DNA of 63,565 nt, counting the filler, from Deltaproteobacteria bacterium (GTDB lineage Bacteria > CG2-30-53-67), in the NCBI GenBank assembly GCA_013151235.1. It is 2 parts of 2 records of this genome, joined end to end, with 100 filler letters (N's around TTAATTAATTAA, not from the genome) between each part and the next. Parts side by side here need not be neighbours in the genome. Positions count along the whole stretch, not along the records: positions 31,813 to 63,565 come from JAADIO010000052.1; 1 more part is not named here. One strand, given 5' to 3'. The notes under the pieces are model-generated. The model was not told where the DNA came from, did no database searches, and saw only the letters and a list, made by a program, of their open reading frames with translations. Shown piece by piece: positions 50,650 through 58,445 of the stretch. The translations under genes were made by a program, and so were the position numbers. Every line of letters starts with the position of its first letter. The first letter of the stretch is position 1.

Positions 50650-51341
50650 TTGTCCGGCTCCTCCCTCAGTTTGGAGAGCCTTCCCACGGCGGTGTTTCCG
50701 ACTCGTTTATGGACGGCGCCGGTCAGCACACCCACCATGAAGGTCAATATGAGAACGTCAAAGGCCAGTGCCAGTTCGGCGATCAGGGGCAGGTTGGGGG
50801 CGATTGCCACCCCGGCGAAGAACGCCCCGTTTTCCATTGCCAAAAGCCCCAGGAGCTGCGGGACCGCCTCGCGGCGGACGGTCAGCGTATAGGCGCCGAG
50901 AAGGAGCCCGGCCAGGCCGATGGGGACATTAATGCGGACGGTTCCTCCTGCGGCGGCGGCCTTGATCCATGGAAGGCTGAAGAAATATGCAGCAATCGTC
51001 AGGATCAGAGCGATAATCAGTGAAGTCGGGATCTCGACCGCCTGCGAGATCTCCCTCCGTGTGTAGACCTCTTCACTCAACATGCGGCGCAGGAGCCACG
51101 GGAGGAACCAGACCTTCGTGAAGAGGTTGATCGTTCCCACGGCCATGAGATGCATGGAAAAAGGACGGAGGCCCAACAGAAACGCCGCCGCGACCAGACA
51201 GAGCGATTGGAGGATAAAGAACCGGAGGCAGGCGCGCACCTGGCGCGTGGCCACGATTCCGAAGGTGGCAATGATAAAAACACCTCCGGCAAGGGAGTCC
51301 AGGTTGGTCATGAGAGGCGTAATGTTTTGAAAGACCGCCAT
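50646..51341 (-). CDS. Ehr membrane subunit (HyfE-like)
   Basis: Hydrophobic protein with LLAMENG and ELALAFD motifs; operon position. Confidence 0.85.
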   Translation of the reverse strand: MAVFQNITPLMTNLDSLAGGVFIIATFGIVATRQVRACLRFFILQSLCLVAAAFLLGLRPFSMHLMAVGTINLFTKVWFLPWLLRRMLSEEVYTRREISQAVEIPTSLIIALILTIAAYFFSLPWIKAAAAGGTVRINVPIGLAGLLLGAYTLTVRREAVPQLLGLLAMENGAFFAGVAIAPNLPLIAELALAFDVLILTFMVGVLTGAVHKRVGNTAVGRLSKLREEPDK

Positions 51342-51352
51342 TCTCCGCCTCC

Positions 51353-52303
51353 TTAATGCGTGAAGACACTGGTCAGCATTGCGATGACTGCGATCACGAA
51401 TGCGGCGCTCATGAATTCACTGATCCGGAAGAGTCTCAGCTTCGCCAGTGATGACTCGATGAGAACAAGGAGCATGATAAAAAGGAGGATCTTGAACAGG
51501 ACCAGCGGAACGGCAGTGAGGATCGCACCCCACTCCAGGGTTGAAGCGAGCCCCCAGGGCGTCACGAGGACGTTCAGCAAAACGATCATGAGCACGAAAA
51601 ACTTCATCCAGCCGCCCCACTTCATGAGCGCGGCGCTCCGTCCCGAGTATTCCAGGTCCTTTGATTCATCGATCATGGCCAGTTCGAAATGACCGCTGGG
51701 ATTGTCGACGGGGATGCGCCCCTTCTCGGCCAGGATGAGCATGACGAAGGCGACCAGGAGCAGGAGATGCGACGGCTCGAAAAAATTGGCCGGGGGCGTC
51801 ACCCATTTCTGCTGTACGATAAAGGGGATGGTGGAATCGGCTACGAAGGAGACGGTAAAAAATACGATGAGAAAGATCGGTTCCGTCAGGAAACCAACCA
51901 TGCGGGTGCGGCTTGCCCCCATCGGGCCGTAAGGGTTTGCCGTATCCGCTGCCGCCAGTGCGGCAAAAAATCCGCCCAACGTTAGGACGAAACCGGCGCC
52001 GACCATGTCGGCCATGAATGCCCAGAAGAGAGGATAGTCGGTCAGGACGGGGATCAGGAGCGTCACAAAGATGGGGGTGATAAAGACGATGTAGGGAGCC
52101 ACACGAAAGATCCATGAACTCTCCTTCGGTACGATTTCGTCTTTGGAGAAAAGCTTTCGGAGATCCCGGTAGGGCTGGAGGATGCTCGGCCCCTTCTTGG
52201 ACTGTATAATCTCCTTCAGTCGGTTCAGCACCCCCGCCGCCAGGGGGGAGAATCCCATGACCATGAGTACCTGCAGGAGATTGAATAGGATACGCTTGCT
52301 CAT
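51353..52303 (-). CDS. Ehr membrane subunit (HyfC/HycD, NuoH-like)
   Basis: GPSILQPYRDLRKLFSK, GASR, EKGRIPVDNP, ELAMI..LEYSG. Confidence 0.92.
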   Translation of the reverse strand: MSKRILFNLLQVLMVMGFSPLAAGVLNRLKEIIQSKKGPSILQPYRDLRKLFSKDEIVPKESSWIFRVAPYIVFITPIFVTLLIPVLTDYPLFWAFMADMVGAGFVLTLGGFFAALAAADTANPYGPMGASRTRMVGFLTEPIFLIVFFTVSFVADSTIPFIVQQKWVTPPANFFEPSHLLLLVAFVMLILAEKGRIPVDNPSGHFELAMIDESKDLEYSGRSAALMKWGGWMKFFVLMIVLLNVLVTPWGLASTLEWGAILTAVPLVLFKILLFIMLLVLIESSLAKLRLFRISEFMSAAFVIAVIAMLTSVFTH

Positions 52304-52381
52304 GCCCGGCTCCTTCTCCCTGAAGATGAGTTTCGGTCCCCGAGTCGTACGGTCCGTCAAGCGGTGTATGAAGGCGGGCAC

Positions 52382-52405
52382 AAAAAAACCCGCTTTGCGG
52401 CGGGC
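52382..52405 (-). terminator. Intrinsic terminator of the riboswitch expression platform
   Basis: GCCCGC-CGCAAA-GCGGGT plus U-tract in the Ehr leader. Confidence 0.8.
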
Positions 52406-52452
52406 TCCAGACCGGACAGTACCGACTCCCCCGCCACAGAACAACCTCCGAG

Positions 52453-52503
52453 ACAGGAGTCATTAGCCGGATTCAGGCGATTGTACGGGAGACTCCATCC
52501 CCA
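52453..52503 (-). ncRNA. Fluoride riboswitch (crcB motif)
   Basis: GGGGAUGGAGUCUCCC-GUAC-AAUC-GCC..GGC-UAAUGACUCCUGU, with P1, P2 and GGAGUC/GACUCC pseudoknot matching the consensus. Confidence 0.92.
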
Positions 52504-52674
52504 CATTTTTAATTTCGTACGGTACCATGATATGAAAAAAAGTCAAGACTTTTCCCCGGCCTCTGACTCTGTGGGTTAAGCAAAGATCTTGAAGTATGCT
52601 CCCGCGTATATCCTATGGGGTTGAAAAGAGGCTGAAGGAGAAAGGATCAATCCCCATCTTTGCAGAAAATGTGA

Positions 52675-52730
52675 TTGACAGCGGGCTCCTTTTTTTTGTA
52701 CTTTAACGGTTGAGCATATGTTCAACCGTT
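52675..52730 (+). promoter_or_regulatory. Promoter and ArsR-type operator
   Basis: TTGACA-18-TACTTT, followed by palindrome AACGGTTGAGCATATGTTCAACCGTT. Confidence 0.75.
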
Positions 52731-52746
52731 TCAATGAATGGTTGCC

Positions 52747-53109
52747 ATGAAGAAACGAGACCGTACATCCTGTGAAATCACCTTCGTCGACCGGCGGAGA
52801 GTCGCATCCGTCAGGAAGAGGATGAAGAGCGACGAGACCCTGCTGCGCCTGTCGGAGACGTTCCGGGCACTGGGGGACCCCACGAGGATGAAGATCATCT
52901 TCGCCCTTTCTTTGGAGGAACTCTGCGTCTGTGATGTTGCCAACCTGCTGGGAACGACGAAGTCCGCCGTCTCCCATCAGTTGAGGATCCTGCGGAACAT
53001 GCGCCTGGTGAAATACCGCAAGGAGGGGAAGATGGTTTATTACTCCCTCGATGACGAACATATCGAAGATCTTTTTGAGATGGGATTACAACATGCGGAG
53101 GAGAAGTGA
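52747..53109 (+). CDS. ArsR/SmtB (CadC-like) metalloregulator
   Basis: ELCVCDVA, SAVSHQLRILR, YSLDDEHI. Confidence 0.93.
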   Translation: MKKRDRTSCEITFVDRRRVASVRKRMKSDETLLRLSETFRALGDPTRMKIIFALSLEELCVCDVANLLGTTKSAVSHQLRILRNMRLVKYRKEGKMVYYSLDDEHIEDLFEMGLQHAEEK

Positions 53110-55013
53110 TGGGTTGTTCTTGTGGCAAAAAAGAATGTATTGAAGGGCGTTGGTGGCGTCATCCCCCCATGCGGAACGCCCTGATTTCAGGTCTCGTGAC
53201 CGGCACGGCTTTTGTGCTGACCTATCTCGGGATCCTCCCGAGGTCGGCCGAGATTGTCATTTATCTCGTCGCCATCGCCATAGGAGGCTACCACTGGATG
53301 CGGGAGGGGGTTGAAGAACTGATTAAGGAGCGTGAGGTCGGGATCGATCTTTTGATGATCGCCGCCACGGTCGGTTCGGCGGTTCTCGGGATGTGGGACG
53401 AGGCCGCCTTCCTGGTCTTCCTGTACGGCGCGGCGGAGGGGCTGGAAGAATACACCTATGCCCGGACCCGGCATTCCATCCGGCAACTTCTCGACCTCGC
53501 TCCGAAAGAGGCCCGGGTCGTCCGGGAGGGGAAGGAGGTGACTATTCCGGCGGGAGAGATTCGGCCCGGGGAGGTCTTTATCGTCCGGCCGGGGGAGTCA
53601 ATCCCGACGGACGGGGTGATCATCACCGGCCGTTCTTCCGTGAACGAAGCGCCGGTGACCGGCGAGTCGGTCCCCGTGGAAAAGAAGAAGGGAATGAAGG
53701 TCTTCGCCGCGACGATGAACGAGGAAGGGGCGCTTACGATCGAGGCCACGGCCGGATTCGAAGACAACACCCTCTCCAGGATGATTCACATGGTTGAAGA
53801 GGCGCAGGACCAGAAAGGGCGGGTGCAGTTGTTCATCGACCGGTTCGGGAAGAGATACACACCGCTGGTGCTCGTCTTTGCCCTTGGACTTCTCATCGCG
53901 CCACCCATGTTCGGGCTCTCTTTTGCATACTGGGCGGAAAGGGCGGTCGTCCTTCTCGTTGCCGCCGCACCCTGTGCCCTTGTGATGTCGACCCCCGTGG
54001 CCATCGCTGCCGGGATCGGCCTGGCCGGCCGAAACGGGGTCCTGATCAAGGGGGGCGTGGCCCTGGAGAACCTGGCCCGGATCAGGGTCGTCGCCTTCGA
54101 TAAGACCGGCACCCTGACGCGGGGTAAACCGGTCGTCACCGATGTCGTATCGTTCAACGGGAGTGAGAGCGAGATGCTGAAACGGGCCTGCAGCGTGGAG
54201 CGGTTCTCCGAGCACCCACTCGCGCGGGCGATTGCCGAAAAAGCGGAGGCATCCGGGATTGAAGGTGTTGAGGTAAAAAGGTTCAGCTCGATCTCCGGCT
54301 ACGGCGCCCGGGCCGAGATTGATGGTGAGACCGTTTACGTCGGGAGCGACAAGCTCTTTGCCCGGTCCGGCCGGGATGGAGTCTCCAATGGTATGATCGA
54401 GGATCTCAGACGGGAGGGGAAGACGGTCATCTTTGTCGGCAGCGGGGAGAAGATCGACGGCATTATCGCCATCCGGGACGAGATCCGCCCCCGGTCGGAA
54501 GAGATCGTCTCCGCACTGCACCGGATGAGGATCAAGGTCGTCATGCTGACCGGGGACAACGAAACCAGCGCCGAGGCCGTCGCCCGTGAACTGAATATCG
54601 ATAAGGTACGGGCCGGGCTCAAACCCGAGGAGAAGATCCGGGTCGTCCGGGAACTGGAAGAAGAATACGGTGCCGTGGCCATGGTGGGGGACGGGATCAA
54701 CGATGCCCCGGCCTTAGCCGGTGCCACGCTCGGGATCGCCATGGGAGCGGCCGGGACCGATGCCGCCGTCGAGGCCGCCGACATCGCCTTGATGGGGGAC
54801 GACCTCGGGCGGATCCTCTATGCCGTCCGGCTCGGGAAGAAGTCCGGCCGGATCAGCCGGCAGAATATCGTTTTTGCGATCTCAACCCTGGCGGTTCTTA
54901 TCCCGGCCGCCCTTACTGGCTGGATGAGCATCGCCGTGGCCGTAATATTCCACGAGGCCTCGGAACTCATCGCCGTTGCGAACGGACTGCGGGTCGCTCG
55001 GGAAGGGGATTGA
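53109..55013 (+). CDS. Heavy-metal P1B ATPase (P1B-4-like, divalent cation)
   Basis: APC, DKTGT, TGES and HEASE motifs; short Cys-rich N-terminus. Confidence 0.88.
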   Translation: MGCSCGKKECIEGRWWRHPPMRNALISGLVTGTAFVLTYLGILPRSAEIVIYLVAIAIGGYHWMREGVEELIKEREVGIDLLMIAATVGSAVLGMWDEAAFLVFLYGAAEGLEEYTYARTRHSIRQLLDLAPKEARVVREGKEVTIPAGEIRPGEVFIVRPGESIPTDGVIITGRSSVNEAPVTGESVPVEKKKGMKVFAATMNEEGALTIEATAGFEDNTLSRMIHMVEEAQDQKGRVQLFIDRFGKRYTPLVLVFALGLLIAPPMFGLSFAYWAERAVVLLVAAAPCALVMSTPVAIAAGIGLAGRNGVLIKGGVALENLARIRVVAFDKTGTLTRGKPVVTDVVSFNGSESEMLKRACSVERFSEHPLARAIAEKAEASGIEGVEVKRFSSISGYGARAEIDGETVYVGSDKLFARSGRDGVSNGMIEDLRREGKTVIFVGSGEKIDGIIAIRDEIRPRSEEIVSALHRMRIKVVMLTGDNETSAEAVARELNIDKVRAGLKPEEKIRVVRELEEEYGAVAMVGDGINDAPALAGATLGIAMGAAGTDAAVEAADIALMGDDLGRILYAVRLGKKSGRISRQNIVFAISTLAVLIPAALTGWMSIAVAVIFHEASELIAVANGLRVAREGD

Positions 55014-55192
55014 AGGGGGAAGGCAAGGAAGGGCAAGGGGCAAGGCACAAAGGCACAGAGGGACAAAGGGACAAGGCACACAGCAAAAGCATCAACCACG
55101 GGGAACTCGGGGAGCACGGGGAAAAGTCGAAACCCACAAGCATGAACCACGGAGTTCTCGGAGAAAGACAAAAATGGGAAGGGAGGATCGTT

Positions 55193-55723
55193 ATGAAACA
55201 TACTTTGATGATTGTGGGTACGCTTTGCGCTGTTTTCTTCATCCTGGCAGTGCCGGTTATGGCGCCGGCATCGGGGGCGGAGAGGATCCTCTTCCATATC
55301 AAGACCGATCTCGCCAAGGACGACGCCCAGATCTGCGTGGCTTACAACATGATCCGGGAGGCCCTGCGGGAGGGGAAGGAGGTCTCGGTCCTGATCGACG
55401 CCTCTGCCGTCAATACCTACAAGCGGGGATGGCTCGGTCATGACGCCCTGGAAGGGTACAAACTGCCCGAAAACCTGCGAGCGGAGATCGCAAGGCAGAC
55501 CGGCGTAGGGATCGGCAAGGTCCCCGCGACCTACGGGGCATACCTGACGCTTTTGCACGATGAGGGCGCCCGGTTCTATATCAACGGCGGGATGCTCGTG
55601 GTGGCCGGGATCTCGGAAAAGTTCGGCGATCTGTCGAAACTTTCCGTTGACTTCTTTAAACCGGTCACCTTCAAGGAGATGCTTCATCTCTTTGGCGAAG
55701 CGGACCGGGTCGTGGTTTACTGA
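55193..55723 (+). CDS. Secreted DsrE-like protein
   Basis: Signal peptide; ILFHIKT..A...AL..GKEVSVLIDASAV...ADRVVVY. Confidence 0.6.
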   Translation: MKHTLMIVGTLCAVFFILAVPVMAPASGAERILFHIKTDLAKDDAQICVAYNMIREALREGKEVSVLIDASAVNTYKRGWLGHDALEGYKLPENLRAEIARQTGVGIGKVPATYGAYLTLLHDEGARFYINGGMLVVAGISEKFGDLSKLSVDFFKPVTFKEMLHLFGEADRVVVY

Positions 55724-55728
55724 GTGGC

Positions 55729-55880
55729 CCTATTCGTAAATACTGTGGCATTCGAGTGCCGCAGGACGGTATCCTCTTTGATCCGCTCCTTATGCCGCAC
55801 CACAAGGGTATGCCTCAGTCGCTCGTCTCGATGAAACCGCTCTGCAACTCTCTCGGTGCGTCACAGTATTTACGAACAGG
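55729..55880. mobile_element. ~150-bp MITE-like element
   Basis: 19-bp terminal IRs CCTATTCGTAAATACTGTG / CACAGTATTTACGAACAGG (1 mismatch). Confidence 0.7.
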
Positions 55881-55935
55881 AATTACTGAAATGTAGCGAT
55901 AAAGGTTGATGGAGATCACAAGTTGTGGAGGCAAG

Positions 55936-56754
55936 ATGGCAGCGTATGAAACGTTGATCCGGCTTTTTATGTTTTCGGGGGTTTTGATCGCAATGGCGGT
56001 TTGGGAGGTCTTCCGGCCTCGACGGGTTTTGTCGCAGCCCAAAGGTCGGAGGTGGGTCACGAACCTTTCGATCACGGTCTTGGATATGGTCTTCGTCAGG
56101 GTTACAATCGGGGGAGTTGCCGTAACTACGGCGATCTATGCGAAAGCACATGGATGGGGTCTGCTCCATGTTATTCAATTACCATCCATTGTTACCTTTC
56201 TGGTCACTGTAGTTGTTCTGGATATGGCCGTCTACCTGCAACACGTGTTGTCCCATGCCCTGCCGATCTTCTGGCGCCTGCATCGTGTCCACCACAGTGA
56301 TCCGAACTTTGATGTTACCACCGGACTTCGGTTTCACCCCTTCGAAATCTTTGTCTCAATGATTTACAAGGCAGCGGTGGTGGCCGCTTTAGGGGCGAGC
56401 CCGTGGGGGATGATGGCCTTTGAGGTCATTCTCAATTCCTCTTCTCAGTTCAATCACGGCAATGTTGCGATCCCCCCGGCTCTGGACCGTATCCTTCGGC
56501 TGTTTGTGGTCACCCCGGACATGCATCGAGTGCATCACTCCTGGAAGGTGAAGGAGACCAACAGCAATTTCGGTTTTTTTCTTCCCTGGTGGGATCGTCT
56601 CTTCGGGACCTACCGGGACCAGCCTGATGACGGGCACCGAGAGATGACGATTGGTTTGAGGGAGTACCGGAATTTTGAGAAGTTGACTTTCCGGCACCTT
56701 CTCTGGATGCCTTTTTTAAGGCCGATGGGTTCTTACAGCTTCCGGAGGGAATAA
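55936..56754 (+). CDS. Sterol desaturase/fatty acid hydroxylase family protein
   Basis: His boxes HVLSH, HRVHH, FNH, HRVHH; NFG..WWDRLFGT. Confidence 0.92.
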   Translation: MAAYETLIRLFMFSGVLIAMAVWEVFRPRRVLSQPKGRRWVTNLSITVLDMVFVRVTIGGVAVTTAIYAKAHGWGLLHVIQLPSIVTFLVTVVVLDMAVYLQHVLSHALPIFWRLHRVHHSDPNFDVTTGLRFHPFEIFVSMIYKAAVVAALGASPWGMMAFEVILNSSSQFNHGNVAIPPALDRILRLFVVTPDMHRVHHSWKVKETNSNFGFFLPWWDRLFGTYRDQPDDGHREMTIGLREYRNFEKLTFRHLLWMPFLRPMGSYSFRRE

Positions 56755-56789
56755 AGTAGCCTTTCGAAACCTTCTTCACTGATTATTCC

Positions 56790-56821
56790 TTGACATTGGA
56801 CACGACTCCAAGATGTATAGT
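56790..56821 (+). promoter_or_regulatory. MerR-type long-spacer promoter
   Basis: TTGACA-20-TATAGT with dyad TTGGA-N6-TCCAA in the spacer. Confidence 0.75.
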
Positions 56822-56847
56822 GTTCATGTGAAGCAAAAGGTGAGGCG

Positions 56848-57252
56848 ATGGAAAAACTGACGATCGGTAAGGCGGCAAGAGGGGCTGGGGTCTCCACGGA
56901 TACGATCCGTTATTACGAACGTCTTGGGCTTCTTCCGGATGCCGGGCGGCTGGAATCGGGTTGCCGGGTCTTCCCCGGGGATGTGGTCCGGACGATTCGG
57001 TTCATCAAGCGTGCCCAGCGTCTCGGATTCTCTCTCGATGAGATCCGGGAGCTTCTCGCCTTCCGGGAAGAGGGCGCAAGCTGCCGGGAGGTTAGGGCGG
57101 CGGCCTTGCACAAGATGGGGATTATAGAGAGGAAGATTGCCGACCTTTCGGCGATCCGGAACGCCCTGAAGAAACTGATTAGTTCCTGCGAGGCGGGGAA
57201 CGGGGCCGTCTGCCCGATTCTCGAGGCGCTGGAGAAGGAGGAAGAATCATGA
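56848..57252 (+). CDS. MerR-family heavy-metal-responsive regulator
   Basis: TIRYYERLGLL, AQRLGFSLDEI; three C-terminal-domain Cys (SCRE, SCE, CPIL). Confidence 0.93.
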   Translation: MEKLTIGKAARGAGVSTDTIRYYERLGLLPDAGRLESGCRVFPGDVVRTIRFIKRAQRLGFSLDEIRELLAFREEGASCREVRAAALHKMGIIERKIADLSAIRNALKKLISSCEAGNGAVCPILEALEKEEES

Positions 57253-57581
57253 AGATCGAGTTGCTTTATTTCGAGGGATGCCCTTCCTGGCGGAAAGCGG
57301 AGGAGAACCTGAAGACGGTCCTCGACGAACTCGGGATCACCGATCCGGTCGGGCATGTACGGGTGGAGACCCCGGAGGAAGCGGAACGGCTTTCCTTTCC
57401 CGGTTCCCCCACGATCCGGATCGACGGGGCGGACATCGAGGCCGGTGCCGGTGAAGGAAAGAGATTTTCTCTTGCCTGCCGTATCTACAGGGAAGGGCAG
57501 GAGGCCTACGGCTGGCCGTCGGTCCGGATGATCCGGGAGGCGTTTGGCAGGATGGCCCGGGATGAAGGAGGCCGGCGATGA
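57249..57581 (+). CDS. Thioredoxin-fold protein (DUF2703-like)
   Basis: YFEGCPS, FPGSPTIRIDG, LACRIY. Confidence 0.75.
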   Translation: MKIELLYFEGCPSWRKAEENLKTVLDELGITDPVGHVRVETPEEAERLSFPGSPTIRIDGADIEAGAGEGKRFSLACRIYREGQEAYGWPSVRMIREAFGRMARDEGGRR

Positions 57582-57673
57582 GGAAGGCTCAAATCAAACA
57601 GAACACGAACCGGCCCGGGACCATCCGGGCGGAACTTGCAACATCCCCCCGATCGTGGTAACTCTATGCAGCG

Positions 57674-57988
57674 ATGAAAGATCTCTGTGCCCGCTGCACC
57701 ATCTGCTGTTATTACAAGAAACTGCGCGACGACGGGACGGTGGTATATACCGACCGGCCCTGCGAGTATCTCGATCTCGACTCCGGCCTCTGCATCATCT
57801 ATGAGAACCGGACGAAGATGAAGGAGGACTGCGTCCGGATCACACGGCGTGTTATCGGGATGGGGGCGCTTCCGTCGGGGTGTCCCTATGTCGCCCGGGA
57901 AAAAAACTACCGGGGACCGAAGCTGACGAAACGGCTGCGGAAGATGGCCGAGGCGGCCTTCGGTGATCCGGCGAAGAAAGGAAGATGA
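57674..57988 (+). CDS. CxxCxxCC cysteine-cluster protein (YcgN-like)
   Basis: CARCTICC, CEYLD...C.IYENR, LPSGCPY. Confidence 0.75.
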   Translation: MKDLCARCTICCYYKKLRDDGTVVYTDRPCEYLDLDSGLCIIYENRTKMKEDCVRITRRVIGMGALPSGCPYVAREKNYRGPKLTKRLRKMAEAAFGDPAKKGR

Positions 57989-57989
57989 G

Positions 57990-58391
57990 ATGTACAGGGT
58001 CCGGATCTATTATAAGGATACCGACATGGGCGGGGTCGTCTATTACGGCAACTACCTCCGTTTCTTCGAGGCGGCGAGGACGGAGTTCCTCCGGGACCTC
58101 GGCGCCGATCTCACCCGGTGGATGAAAGAGGGGATCACTTTCGTCGTGGTCCGGGCCGAGGTTGATTACCTCGCATCGGCTCGATACGATGATCTTCTTG
58201 CCGTCGAGACCACCTGCGCTGCTCTTTCGGGGGCGCGCTTCGACCTTTCCTACCGGGTGGTCCGGGAGGGGGACGGGCGGCTCATGGTCACCGGCATGAC
58301 GAGAATGGCGGCGGTCGGCAGGACCGGCCGTCCCGTCCGGATCCCGGAGGAGGTGCGGAAGGCGCTGGAGGAGGCGATGGGGGATCGTTAA
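57990..58391 (+). CDS. YbgC/FadM-family acyl-CoA thioesterase
   Basis: YKDTDMGGVVYYGNYLRFFEAAR. Confidence 0.9.
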   Translation: MYRVRIYYKDTDMGGVVYYGNYLRFFEAARTEFLRDLGADLTRWMKEGITFVVVRAEVDYLASARYDDLLAVETTCAALSGARFDLSYRVVREGDGRLMVTGMTRMAAVGRTGRPVRIPEEVRKALEEAMGDR

Positions 58392-58445
58392 AGGAGACGG
58401 GAAACGGCAAAGGCAAATAACCCTTTACCGCAGAGGCGATCAATA

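Noticed and set aside
52304-52444. 47-aa N-terminal extension of the HyfC-like gene
   Set aside because: It overlaps the riboswitch terminator; the ATG at 52303 has an AAGGAG RBS
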